A stretch of DNA of 64,000 nt from a virus. Location: IMG/VR virus record IMGVR_UViG_2579779045_000011. One strand, given 5' to 3'. Positions 29,161 through 38,633 of this stretch are shown one piece after another (positions within the stretch are counted from its first letter, which is position 1; each line of letters begins with the position of its first letter). The notes beneath the pieces were generated by a model. That model had not been told where the DNA came from, did not search any database, and saw nothing but the letters and a program-made list of their open reading frames with translations. The position numbers and the translations under genes are program-made.

Positions 29161-29705
29161 TTAGTTTCTCCATCACCTATAGGTGAAATAAACAAATCAT
29201 CTCTACGGTTTAAAACATACTTACTGCCAAAATCTGCCATGAGGCTAAAACCAGTAATATTTACAATCTCAAACCACAACATTAGGTTTTCATAAATCAT
29301 TAAACCTAAAAGATCACCTTCTTTAAGAATCAAGTCAGGGATGTTGATTATCCTTTCCAAAACATCATCCAATTCTTCATTGAATGTCTCTACTTGAGCG
29401 GTTAGCACCAAGTCAGATGGGTTATTCATTGAGAAGTTCTTTTGAATATAACCACCATTAAATTTATCGAAATGAACATAAGCAGCGCCCTTATATTCAT
29501 ACTTGTAGTTGGGTTCGTCTTGAATCGATAAAGTGTTCGCTTCAAAAGAAAGAGGATCTAAAGGTTTTGAATCTTCAGCCGGATTATTGAAAACTACTTC
29601 TTTTCGCCAAATTTGCGCGGGAATACTTGCTAGAGCATTCATCACAACACGTCTAGCTGCTAAACGGCGTCCATTTGCAACTTGATTTACTGATCTATTT
29701 AGCAT
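29157..29705 (-). CDS. Putative head-tail adaptor/neck protein
   Basis: Operon position and size; function inferred. Confidence 0.5.
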   Translation of the reverse strand: MLNRSVNQVANGRRLAARRVVMNALASIPAQIWRKEVVFNNPAEDSKPLDPLSFEANTLSIQDEPNYKYEYKGAAYVHFDKFNGGYIQKNFSMNNPSDLVLTAQVETFNEELDDVLERIINIPDLILKEGDLLGLMIYENLMLWFEIVNITGFSLMADFGSKYVLNRRDDLFISPIGDGETK

Positions 29706-30825
29706 TTCGACTTAAACCCTTCATAAAGACATTTAACATGTCATTGTCGATTGCGCCTGATTTATGTAAGGCTTGAATTCTTTCAATTTGACTTGCTCTA
29801 ACAGTTTCCACTTCAAAACGTTTGAGGGTTTTTAATTCGCGTTCTAAGAGCTTTTTGGCAACTTTATCAGCTCTACGCATCATTTCTTTTTCTGCTTTTT
29901 GGATATTGGCTTTGATTGGCTTAACAGAACCATTCATCAAATCCATTACTTGCTCGTTAATTGAATTCTGTATTTGCTTATCTGTTTGCTTATACCGTGC
30001 ACCTACTTGTTTCTTACGGTCTTTCTCTACTTCCTTTTTAAGGTAGGCAATCCCTGCTGGTGAACTAATCCACTTAACAACCCGCAATACATGCTTACAA
30101 GCCACACCGGATAAATGCGGGTTACGTATTTTCGGAAAGCCGCCCTCATCACGTCCCAAATTGTAGCCGCCAATAGTTGCCATATAGCGGTACCAGAACG
30201 TATGACGTTCGCAGTCACACTGAAATTTGATTTTGCCTTTAGCTAAGCGGTTTTTAACAGTGGTTAATGCCTGCTTGTCGATATCAAATACGACAGATTT
30301 AAAGTTTGAAAACTCAATCTCAACGTGATGATTTAAGACTTTACTATTTGGACCGGCATTCGTAAGTAAGTGCACTAATCCAGCTTTTCTGCTTACTGGA
30401 ACCGCCAAATAGATTTGCTCATTTGCCCGGTCAATATCGTCTTGTCGGCTTAAATTAATGATGTTTTGAGGGGTAATACCCTTACTATACTGATCTTTTA
30501 ATAGTTGAATGTTTTCCTGAAATGCCAAGATATCATCACGGGTAATACGCCGTGGTACTTCTCCATTTCGCTGACCTAATGTTGTAAAAAGTACCCTTTC
30601 GACATCATATTTTTCCCCTTGGGCAATATCTTGTGGTCGCAAGAACATAGGTTTAGGGATCTTTCGTCCCCAATCATCATATTCAATTTCTTTTTCTGCA
30701 AATGCCCGCTGTTCTCTATCTGCACGCTGGCGGCTCTGTTGATCTCTACGAACTCCACCATTTTGCAAAGACTGGTTTAATTGCAGCTGGGCACGGCGTA
30801 AATCATCTGGCTTGAATGCTGACAT
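29695..30825 (-). CDS. SWIM zinc-finger phage protein (P1-like tail region)
   Basis: FQCDCERH...GVACKH motif. Confidence 0.7.
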   Translation of the reverse strand: MSAFKPDDLRRAQLQLNQSLQNGGVRRDQQSRQRADREQRAFAEKEIEYDDWGRKIPKPMFLRPQDIAQGEKYDVERVLFTTLGQRNGEVPRRITRDDILAFQENIQLLKDQYSKGITPQNIINLSRQDDIDRANEQIYLAVPVSRKAGLVHLLTNAGPNSKVLNHHVEIEFSNFKSVVFDIDKQALTTVKNRLAKGKIKFQCDCERHTFWYRYMATIGGYNLGRDEGGFPKIRNPHLSGVACKHVLRVVKWISSPAGIAYLKKEVEKDRKKQVGARYKQTDKQIQNSINEQVMDLMNGSVKPIKANIQKAEKEMMRRADKVAKKLLERELKTLKRFEVETVRASQIERIQALHKSGAIDNDMLNVFMKGLSRNAK

Positions 30826-30826
30826 T

Positions 30827-31105
30827 TTAATTATCCTGCAAGTATTCTTTTTGAAGTCTTAAAAGATCAACAAGCCTTGGAAAAGCCACCTTATTAAGAG
30901 GTAACTTTTCCCAAACGCCGTTCACACCACACGCCACAAGTACTGCATCAATATGGTTTCTTGAACCATATATTTTCAAACTCAACAGTGATGGATCTTG
31001 AGATTCATCGTCTTTGATTTCCCAAACAATCAGATTCTGAATATTATTTTGTTGAAGATTCCGGTGAATTAAGTCTCTAATAGCATTTCGATAATCATTT
31101 CTCAT
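30827..31105 (-). CDS. LysM/gpX-like baseplate protein
   Basis: PSLLSLKIYGSRNHIDAVLVACG. Confidence 0.65.
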   Translation of the reverse strand: MRNDYRNAIRDLIHRNLQQNNIQNLIVWEIKDDESQDPSLLSLKIYGSRNHIDAVLVACGVNGVWEKLPLNKVAFPRLVDLLRLQKEYLQDN

Positions 31106-31119
31106 ACTGTTTTACCTAT

Positions 31120-32658
31120 TTAAGCTTTAACAGTACTTACACGAGCAAAGCCACCAGTACCTGCTTTACCAGTGTTACCATTACTTTCGGTTGCAACACC
31201 AGGTTCACCAACAACTAAAGTCATATACTGAGTTTTTTCGGTTGAATTCACATATCGGCAAATGAGTAAACCACCACTTGCACCACCACCACCAAGTGCC
31301 CAGCCATCATCACCTACACCATTAGCACCATCACCACCAGCACCCCAGTTTGATACTGGACTTACTGATGCGCCGCCTTTGTGGTTTGTTTGGTTTGCAG
31401 CTGTACCAGCGTTACCAAGCTTGCGTGAAATTTCGGTTATGTTTGATGTCACAGTGATTACACCTGCTAAACCACCAGCACCATTTGAGAAAGCACTACC
31501 ATTCGACCACTGACCACTGGTACCGCCTTTACCGCCGCCAACAACCGCCAAATCAAGTTCATTTAAACGTAAGCGTGTATCTGTTCCACTGGTCCCATGT
31601 GCCAATGCTCCTAACTCCCAGACACTGCCACCACCAGCACCACCAGCACCAACCAAAATGAATTCTTTTTGTTCTTTCGGTTGAATTGGAATGATATAAA
31701 CACCTGGGACTGTGTAATCGCCGTTTCCATCGTTTAGTGTTTCTGCAGCTACCTGAACAACGGACCAATTCACAGTACCTGAATACCCTATCCGGTTTTG
31801 ACCTGAGCGGTCCCAAACTTCATATGAAAAACCCTTTTCAGCACGGGTAAGCTTCCATGCTTCATGTGGGCTTTCTGGTGTTAAATAGATTGCATACTTT
31901 GAATCACGTAAATCAGTAACTTTGCCACCTAGTTCAACTGTGGCTGAGCTACCAATATTTACACCTGCTCCAATTAATTTTGGATATTGAGCATCTAAGT
32001 TTTTCTTGAAATCGATTAACTGCTGTAACAAATTTTTGGAACTAAGATCTAGATCATCAATCTGTTGTTGTAAATCATCGTCTTTGGCTTTTACATCTTT
32101 TTCAAATGCATATTGGGGGTGCGGATCCTCATGCTGATTATGTTCAGTCATGAGCTTACGAATTAACGCGCCGTATTGTGGGTGTGGATCTTCATCTGCA
32201 CTATGCTGGTTCATCAACATCACTGCAATTGGAGTATTTGGATCAATTTTTATAGTTACATTTTTTAAATTAACGTCAGTTAAAACAAATCCAAAAGTAA
32301 CGATAGCAACCACGTTTGCATGCAGTGACATGATTGATTGAACTTCTGTAGTTGACGCCACTGCAAGTAAAGTGCCATCTGATAGATATATACCTAACTC
32401 AAACACTTCCATTGTTAAAGTTGGCTCAATACTCATCACAAAACGCAAAGTTCCAGTTTCTGTGTCTACACCACCACCATTAAGCGAAAATCTGGCTAAT
32501 TCATTTTTAAGAGAAGTTAGGTTTTTCGCTTCAACTGATGCATCAAATTTGCCGGTACCAACAGCAAGATGAGTAAGCTCCCCACCAAAGCTAGCAACAT
32601 CGCCTGCTTTATTTAATGCATTCCGACCTGCGTCAGTTAAAAAGAAATTAATAGCCAT
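31120..32658 (-). CDS. Tail fibre protein with glycine-rich C-terminus
   Basis: LTDAGRNAL...THLAVGTG baseplate-attachment N-terminus; two H..DPHPQY repeats; GAGGAGG-rich domain. Confidence 0.85.
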   Translation of the reverse strand: MAINFFLTDAGRNALNKAGDVASFGGELTHLAVGTGKFDASVEAKNLTSLKNELARFSLNGGGVDTETGTLRFVMSIEPTLTMEVFELGIYLSDGTLLAVASTTEVQSIMSLHANVVAIVTFGFVLTDVNLKNVTIKIDPNTPIAVMLMNQHSADEDPHPQYGALIRKLMTEHNQHEDPHPQYAFEKDVKAKDDDLQQQIDDLDLSSKNLLQQLIDFKKNLDAQYPKLIGAGVNIGSSATVELGGKVTDLRDSKYAIYLTPESPHEAWKLTRAEKGFSYEVWDRSGQNRIGYSGTVNWSVVQVAAETLNDGNGDYTVPGVYIIPIQPKEQKEFILVGAGGAGGGSVWELGALAHGTSGTDTRLRLNELDLAVVGGGKGGTSGQWSNGSAFSNGAGGLAGVITVTSNITEISRKLGNAGTAANQTNHKGGASVSPVSNWGAGGDGANGVGDDGWALGGGGASGGLLICRYVNSTEKTQYMTLVVGEPGVATESNGNTGKAGTGGFARVSTVKA

Positions 32659-32684
32659 AACCCACCCATATGATTTATTGATCT

Positions 32685-32725
32685 ATGGTAGTTACGGCAA
32701 AAAGGTTCGGTGGGGGGCAGTTCCA
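32685..32725 (-). promoter_or_regulatory. Putative late promoter TGGAAC-N29-TACCAT
   Basis: Motif copy upstream of the tail fibre gene. Confidence 0.7.
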
Positions 32726-32730
32726 CAAAA

Positions 32731-34722
32731 CTAATCATTTTCTTTTTCGGCAGCTTCTCTTAAAGCACTGAATCTTGACTTACGTTCAGCTTGTTCACGG
32801 CCTTCTGGTGTATCGTCAGTGACATTTACAGTTTCGTAAGCTTCAGTGTAATGAACGTTTTCTAAGAATAAGAAGGCAAAAGCATCACCAATATCCGGTG
32901 ATTTAATTCCCATCCGTTTCATTTCGTCTTTGCTTAAGATTTTATAACGAGCAAAGTCATCAAAACGGTATGGAACGTGGATTAACTGATCTTTAATTTT
33001 CACATTGTGTTTCTTCGTTTTTATTTTAAAACGGCCACTTGCGATTGCTCGAGCTAAGCCAACATAAGCTAATGACCTTTTATTTGTAAACTCTTTTCTA
33101 TTGTCATTACTAAAACATTGTGAGCCCCAATAAACAGGAACGTAGAAAATACCTTGCTTTTTAAGGTATTGGCCTAAACCTTTACCCGCCCCGTTATCAT
33201 CTACAACTAAGTTAGCATTTGGGTACTGTAAAAGTAGCTCATTAATCTTTGCAAATAGTTCTAAGATATCATCTCTGTTTTTGCATAATGGAATATCTAC
33301 AACTTCTACACGGCGTGCGCGCTCTCCCCATTGCGATTCACCCCAAACTTTAGAAACAACAATTACTGAATCGTCACGGCCGACACCACCACCAACGTCA
33401 ACCGTAATGACATAGCCGAATTGATGGTCATCAAAAATACTGGCGCCAACATACATTTCTTCAGTTTGACGCTTGGTAATTAAGAACTCGTCTGATAAGT
33501 CTGGGAATTCACCTAGAACACGAATCTTATACTGGGCATCTTCTCTGCTTCCGTATTTTTGCCGTTGTTCTTCTAAGGACTGCTTACTAACTAGTGGTGA
33601 CTCTTCACCATTAAATGTGAGAGCAATCCATACCCCACCTGCTCGATGACTTAACTTATGATGAGTTTCATAGAACATCCCCGCGTTACGGGTAGGCTGA
33701 GAGGTCATTACTGCACGGTTGTCTTCGTGCGTTAAGGCACCAAATGCTACATCAAGTACGGCATCATCTACACCACTGGCCTCATCGACCCAGACCATGT
33801 AGTTATCGCCGTGGTTACCTGCTAAGTTTGTAGGTTGATGTTTTGGTGCTGTCTTCGCAAAGACATACCATTTTTCTTTGTAGCCTTTGATGTATACAAG
33901 TTCAGATTGGTACCCAACATAATCAGCAAGCCAAGCCAAAGGCCCTTGCTTCAATCGTGCTAGATTGATACTGATTTCTTTCCACACTTGTTTCTTTAAC
34001 TGCCCAATCTGCGGAGCAGTAAACATCATGATGGATTCATCAAAAAACAAGAGATGCCATAAGGCAACAATACCGGCACTGGCCGTTTTACCAGTGTTAT
34101 GAAGTACTAAGTCATCTTCACCCAAGAAAAATGGATCTGGATCGAGTACAAAACCGTAATATTTACCTTCACCTAGCTCAGTAACCGATGTAATTTTTAA
34201 AGGCTTATGTTCCCCATCTATAAGCCTATAAGATGCAAACTGTTCCCTACTTTCAGGTTTAAGGTTCATATATTGAGAAACAAGCAATTCAATCTTGTCG
34301 CCCTTTGACCACCCGTTACCATCGTATAAAGAAATTAAGCAAAGAATATGTGATTTATTGAATGTATGAGCTTTACCATTCTCATATTCAAACCGGAACA
34401 TTTCCTGATAACCGGTTACTGTTTTAATTACATCTAGTTCTGTCTTACCATCTGCAGCAAGAATTTTATGATTTAGATTAATACGCTCAACTGGGATAAA
34501 TTCCCCATTGGCTAATTTGATTAAAGTCCCTTTACCAAAGCAACCATGCCCCGATGCTACTGAAGTACGGCTACCATCAAATGCAATAGATTCAAAAAGT
34601 AATTCTTGTTGCCATGTGGGTTCGACACCTAATGCTTCTACGGCGAAAGCATAGATGTCGTATCGATAACGCTCACAAAGTTCCCACCATTCGGGAATTT
34701 CTTTTAATGGTGCCAAAGCCAT
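32731..34722 (-). CDS. Terminase large subunit (P1 PacB-like) containing a mini-intein
   Basis: Walker A SGHG|TGKT split by an insertion; Walker B VWVDEA; nuclease motifs TVDVGGG and SPDIGDA. Confidence 0.92.
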   Translation of the reverse strand: MALAPLKEIPEWWELCERYRYDIYAFAVEALGVEPTWQQELLFESIAFDGSRTSVASGHGCFGKGTLIKLANGEFIPVERINLNHKILAADGKTELDVIKTVTGYQEMFRFEYENGKAHTFNKSHILCLISLYDGNGWSKGDKIELLVSQYMNLKPESREQFASYRLIDGEHKPLKITSVTELGEGKYYGFVLDPDPFFLGEDDLVLHNTGKTASAGIVALWHLLFFDESIMMFTAPQIGQLKKQVWKEISINLARLKQGPLAWLADYVGYQSELVYIKGYKEKWYVFAKTAPKHQPTNLAGNHGDNYMVWVDEASGVDDAVLDVAFGALTHEDNRAVMTSQPTRNAGMFYETHHKLSHRAGGVWIALTFNGEESPLVSKQSLEEQRQKYGSREDAQYKIRVLGEFPDLSDEFLITKRQTEEMYVGASIFDDHQFGYVITVDVGGGVGRDDSVIVVSKVWGESQWGERARRVEVVDIPLCKNRDDILELFAKINELLLQYPNANLVVDDNGAGKGLGQYLKKQGIFYVPVYWGSQCFSNDNRKEFTNKRSLAYVGLARAIASGRFKIKTKKHNVKIKDQLIHVPYRFDDFARYKILSKDEMKRMGIKSPDIGDAFAFLFLENVHYTEAYETVNVTDDTPEGREQAERKSRFSALREAAEKEND
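34096..34542 (-). mobile_element. Mini-intein (149 aa, no homing endonuclease)
   Basis: Begins CFGKGT (Cys61), has a block-B-like FNKSH, ends VLHN followed by Thr. Confidence 0.9.
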
Positions 34723-34741
34723 ACCGTAAAAACACCATTAC

Positions 34742-35254
34742 TTAAAAGATTGAAAAAGGAAGCATTGTTGGATCTACAGCATCTTCTTCAAACTGATTCC
34801 CTTCAGTAATTGAAAAGCCTTTGGCAATTTTCGTACTAGCCCAAACAGCTAATAGAATTGCAATGTGTCCATTGTTTAAGCTGCTGCTATCAAATTCTTG
34901 CTGAAGGCCGTTTTTATCGACCTTACGGATTTCAAGTACGTTTTTAGGGTTGTACTGGTTTAGCTTCGGCTCAATTTCAATTAACTTTGCTCTGAAACGA
35001 GCTTGGTAAATTGAAATCACTTCTTCTAAGTGCTCTTTAGCATTGAAACTTAATTGCCAATTCTGTACTTGATCCGGTGAGTCAGTTACTACAACTGTTT
35101 GATCTCTTAAATCGCTTGGTACGGGCAAATTTGAATAAACAGCTGTTTTTTGAATAACAAGCTCACCTGTATCAGCAAATGCCGCTCCAATAAGTCGAAT
35201 TGGTTGATCCGAAAACCCAGCAACACGGCTGTCTATACGAATAATTCCAGACAT
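34742..35254 (-). CDS. Hypothetical phage morphogenesis protein
   Basis: Start set at MSGIIR (AAGGA RBS); in operon with the terminase. Confidence 0.65.
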   Translation of the reverse strand: MSGIIRIDSRVAGFSDQPIRLIGAAFADTGELVIQKTAVYSNLPVPSDLRDQTVVVTDSPDQVQNWQLSFNAKEHLEEVISIYQARFRAKLIEIEPKLNQYNPKNVLEIRKVDKNGLQQEFDSSSLNNGHIAILLAVWASTKIAKGFSITEGNQFEEDAVDPTMLPFSIF

Positions 35255-35265
35255 TACATTTATCC

Positions 35266-35466
35266 TTAGCGCCGTTTGCGTTCTAACTTGGTTTGGCATT
35301 CAATGCAGAATTTCACGCCACCTAAAGCACGGCGGCGCTCTGGTATTTCTTCACCACATTCAACACATTCTTTTTCAGATTCGCCTTCAAAACGGCATCG
35401 GTTTGCAATTTCTTGCTGCAATAAATAATCAGCACTTTCTTGTGCCTTATCGATTAAGTCAGTCAT
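35266..35466 (-). CDS. TraR/DksA C4 zinc-finger protein
   Basis: MTDLIDKAQE...CVECGEEIPERRRALGGVKFCIECQ. Confidence 0.92.
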   Translation of the reverse strand: MTDLIDKAQESADYLLQQEIANRCRFEGESEKECVECGEEIPERRRALGGVKFCIECQTKLERKRR

Positions 35467-36262
35467 CTATACGCTCAACTGTAATTTCACCTGTTTCTCT
35501 ATCACCCTTCACACGCTGGTGATCGAGTGATGTGTACTGATCAGCTTGCACTACAACTTTGTCGTTGATTGCGGGCTGTTCCGTTGCTGAGCCGTCAGGT
35601 TCATAGCCATTACCTGTGTTGTTGTCGAATGGACCACCGAAACCGATAACGTTAGGTGTATAACCCACAAGCTGAATATCTACAGTTGAGATAGAAAGAT
35701 TGATTGCTTCGCTTGGGACTGGTGATGGAAAAAGTTCATTTTCAAAAACAGTGAATGTTGAATTAACAACATGATCATTCCATTGCTGAAATGGCACATT
35801 AAAACGGCGGTTATCGCTGCTAGACATGTATGCGCAAAACTGCCCAATGACTGAACGCAGATCATTGGGATTGGTGGCAAAGAAAGCGATTTGAGCACGT
35901 ACAGTTGTCGGCACCAGACGAACCTTCACCCGTTTCTCATCAATGACCGTTTCAATAAAATCAGGCACTGGTAGTAATTGATTTACATCAGGGGGTTGGT
36001 CAGTTAACGCTGTTGCAGTAAGCATTACAGGTAAAATCACTTTGGATTCTTCCTCATGCTTCTGGCTTTTTCTATATTCAGAAAGCATTGCTTCTGAATC
36101 GTCCATCATCCGTGACGGACATGCTTTTATAGCGTTACCAATGGCTCTCAACTTCCAGTCAGCCGTTAATTGGGTCTCAGGCATATACCAAGCACGAAAA
36201 TTGACAAGCTGCTTATACCAAGCGTTTTGGATGCATTTAAGCGAATCGTTGGGGTAATTCAT
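35459..36262 (-). CDS. Phage tail completion/structural protein
   Basis: Operon position; function inferred. Confidence 0.55.
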   Translation of the reverse strand: MNYPNDSLKCIQNAWYKQLVNFRAWYMPETQLTADWKLRAIGNAIKACPSRMMDDSEAMLSEYRKSQKHEEESKVILPVMLTATALTDQPPDVNQLLPVPDFIETVIDEKRVKVRLVPTTVRAQIAFFATNPNDLRSVIGQFCAYMSSSDNRRFNVPFQQWNDHVVNSTFTVFENELFPSPVPSEAINLSISTVDIQLVGYTPNVIGFGGPFDNNTGNGYEPDGSATEQPAINDKVVVQADQYTSLDHQRVKGDRETGEITVERIDD

Positions 36263-36264
36263 TA

Positions 36265-37170
36265 TTACCCCCATACACTAAAGATACTGCCAAAAGACTT
36301 TTTCGGCTTTTTAGGTTTCTCTTTTACGTTTGGATTGTCCAAACTTTGAATGATTTGTTCAGCTTGTTGTTGTACTGAATCAAAACTCTTCACAGGATTT
36401 ACCATACCCGTATAGAGTTCTTTTTTTCGTTCTTCTCTAAGTTGTTGCAAGCGTTTCTGTTTATCAACTTTTTCTGATAATTCACCCACTAATCCTTGAG
36501 CATTTCCTAACTCGGTTAATAGATGCAGCTGACTATTGATATTGTCGTATGTCTGTAAAATTTGATCTTCAAGTAATTGGGCAATAATAATTTCGGGCTG
36601 TGATAACTGTGAAATATCTGTTGCGCTATCAAAGCAAGAAACAACACCTTCTGGCTCTTCAGGAACAAATAATCCATCAAATAACTGACCATCACCTACA
36701 TTACTTGCATAATTTGGTTGTGCAACGAAATCAAAACCAAAAAAACCCGTTGGAATTAAACGGCCACCGACATTCTTGTAATTGACTGATGTGCTAAAAC
36801 CACCCGCTTGGGCTTTATAATCTTGTAATGCGATCTCACCAGGCTCGTTATCATAAAACTCTTCTCGGTGTTCAACTGTTCCATCCTTTGACGCACGTAA
36901 TTCAATTGTTTTAAATGCCCGTGAAAGATATACAACTTTACCTTTAATGATCACCGTTTCAGGCGGCACCATACCATAGCGCTGTCGAATTTGATGACCG
37001 TAAAAACCTTGTAATGAATTAGTAGCAACCATTTCTTGTACATGGTCACTGTTGATCAAGTTGACCATTGCATCTACATCGACATTACTTCGATCAACAC
37101 CGGTAAATTTACGGCATCGGTCATGTAAGTTGTAAGATAGAACTTTTGTCTTTCTATTTTTGCTAGCCAT
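36265..37170 (-). CDS. Prohead processing protease (P1 Pro-like)
   Basis: GFYGH, GGFS and FFGFDFVAQPNY motifs. Confidence 0.75.
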   Translation of the reverse strand: MASKNRKTKVLSYNLHDRCRKFTGVDRSNVDVDAMVNLINSDHVQEMVATNSLQGFYGHQIRQRYGMVPPETVIIKGKVVYLSRAFKTIELRASKDGTVEHREEFYDNEPGEIALQDYKAQAGGFSTSVNYKNVGGRLIPTGFFGFDFVAQPNYASNVGDGQLFDGLFVPEEPEGVVSCFDSATDISQLSQPEIIIAQLLEDQILQTYDNINSQLHLLTELGNAQGLVGELSEKVDKQKRLQQLREERKKELYTGMVNPVKSFDSVQQQAEQIIQSLDNPNVKEKPKKPKKSFGSIFSVWG

Positions 37171-37199
37171 AAAAAAGCCCCAATGCTGTGATTGAGGCT

Positions 37200-37240
37200 A
37201 TTGTTTCAGTTGTTCTATAGTTGAAATTTAATCAGTTCCA
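37200..37240 (-). promoter_or_regulatory. Putative late promoter TGGAAC-N29-AACAAT
   Basis: Motif copy; AGCCTCAAT/ATTGGGGCT hairpin over the RBS. Confidence 0.7.
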
Positions 37241-37242
37241 AA

Positions 37243-37470
37243 TCAAATCTTTTGATCAAACTCAATTAATTCCAATAGCTTGTCATGCTGTTTATCTTCA
37301 ATGGTTGCATCAAAGATGTACCCACTTTTAAGAGAAATAAAAACATCATAAAAGCGCTCATGGACCATGCCTCCTCGATGTTCACTTTCGGAGACTTGCA
37401 AACAATCCATTTGAGATAAGTCAATTAATTGAGAACAAGCACGTTTTCTACAAAAGATTTTTAATCGCAT
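37243..37470 (-). CDS. Hypothetical protein (75 aa)
   Basis: ORF with GGGTGA RBS-like sequence, downstream of the Tad1-like gene. Confidence 0.6.
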   Translation of the reverse strand: MRLKIFCRKRACSQLIDLSQMDCLQVSESEHRGGMVHERFYDVFISLKSGYIFDATIEDKQHDKLLELIEFDQKI

Positions 37471-37481
37471 ACTTCACCCAA

Positions 37482-37940
37482 TTACTTAACAAGAGTGCCT
37501 TCAACACCACGAGCACGGCGCTCAGCTGTACGTTTATTAAATTCTTCTAGCGCACTTTCCATATAAATAATGGCTTGTTTGTTGAACTCACTCGGAAATT
37601 TTTCATCCAAGGTTTTAGTACGGTGAATAAGTACTTTTAACAATGCTTCACTAGTAACCCCATTCACCCCATGTTCTGGAATTGGGCCATCTTGAAAATG
37701 AATACTGATTTCAAAATCTTTTGCATTTTGGTTTTCAGGATTTGCTGAAATCTTATAGTAATGGCCCTGAGCATATTCCGTAATGCCTTCAACCACTTCC
37801 CCTTTAATAACTTTATCAATTTCTTGTGGTTCTAATTCATGGCTAGCATATCCTAAGAAATGATCAATTAATAAGTTTTCTCCCTGACCATTGATAGGTT
37901 CTGCGATTCCTACTAAAACATTGTCTTGAGCTTGTTGCAT
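37482..37940 (-). CDS. Tad1/Acb2-family signal-sequestering anti-defence protein
   Basis: GHYYKI...FQDGP...GVNGVTSEALL...R...N..A..ME.A...KRT.ER.ARGVEGT matches the Tad1 pattern as I recall it. Confidence 0.75.
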   Translation of the reverse strand: MQQAQDNVLVGIAEPINGQGENLLIDHFLGYASHELEPQEIDKVIKGEVVEGITEYAQGHYYKISANPENQNAKDFEISIHFQDGPIPEHGVNGVTSEALLKVLIHRTKTLDEKFPSEFNKQAIIYMESALEEFNKRTAERRARGVEGTLVK

Positions 37941-37971
37941 ATAAAAAAGTCCTGAACTAATGAACAGGACT

Positions 37972-38012
37972 ATGAAATCATTTTGTATTTGAGCGCTAAC
38001 TCAACAGTTCCA
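37972..38012 (-). promoter_or_regulatory. Putative late promoter TGGAAC-N29-TTTCAT
   Basis: Motif copy with a variant -10; AGTCCTG/CAGGACT hairpin over the RBS. Confidence 0.6.
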
Positions 38013-38018
38013 ATTGAA

Positions 38019-38633
38019 TTAAAGGAAGTTATAGACTGCATAAGGCTTAGCTGCTATTGCCGCTGCAAAGCTTGTGGTGCCTAAATCTCTATCAAATGCC
38101 ATTGAGTGAACTTTAACGACAATATTGGCTGGTACTAAACGGCGTAATATCGGTGACAGCTCTACCACTTCATTTGCATCAACAGTTTTATCTAAAACAA
38201 TTCTAATCCGACTTGTTAAGAAGTAATTTGGCTTTTCAAAATCAGACAAATAGGCTGGATATTCTTTTAGCTTTTCCAAGCTATGCCATAGCCGGATAAT
38301 CTGAAAATGATCTTTCCCCCACAACATTCGTAAAACAAACTCTAAAAACGCTAATCCTCTTTTATTACCCATGCTGCTCCAATTGGCATAGATAATTCGC
38401 ATTAACGTGTCAGAGGTGTTATTTCGGCGTAATACAACAAGTCCGTTTTGTTTAGAGAACCGTTCTACAACTGTTTTACTACCGATATGAGGACAACCGT
38501 AATCCAATAAATCTTGTATGGACTGTTCAAAGTTTTGTGCAAATACTTGTTTAAATGCTTTAGCAAGTGCGGTTTGCAAGCCCGTACTCACATATTGTTC
38601 ATCGATAGGCCGAGTAAAGCTTATAGGGTCCAT
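38019..38633 (-). CDS. Baseplate wedge (gpI-like) protein
   Basis: GNKRGLAFLEFVL and LRRLVPANI motifs; downstream of the gpJ-like gene. Confidence 0.7.
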   Translation of the reverse strand: MDPISFTRPIDEQYVSTGLQTALAKAFKQVFAQNFEQSIQDLLDYGCPHIGSKTVVERFSKQNGLVVLRRNNTSDTLMRIIYANWSSMGNKRGLAFLEFVLRMLWGKDHFQIIRLWHSLEKLKEYPAYLSDFEKPNYFLTSRIRIVLDKTVDANEVVELSPILRRLVPANIVVKVHSMAFDRDLGTTSFAAAIAAKPYAVYNFL

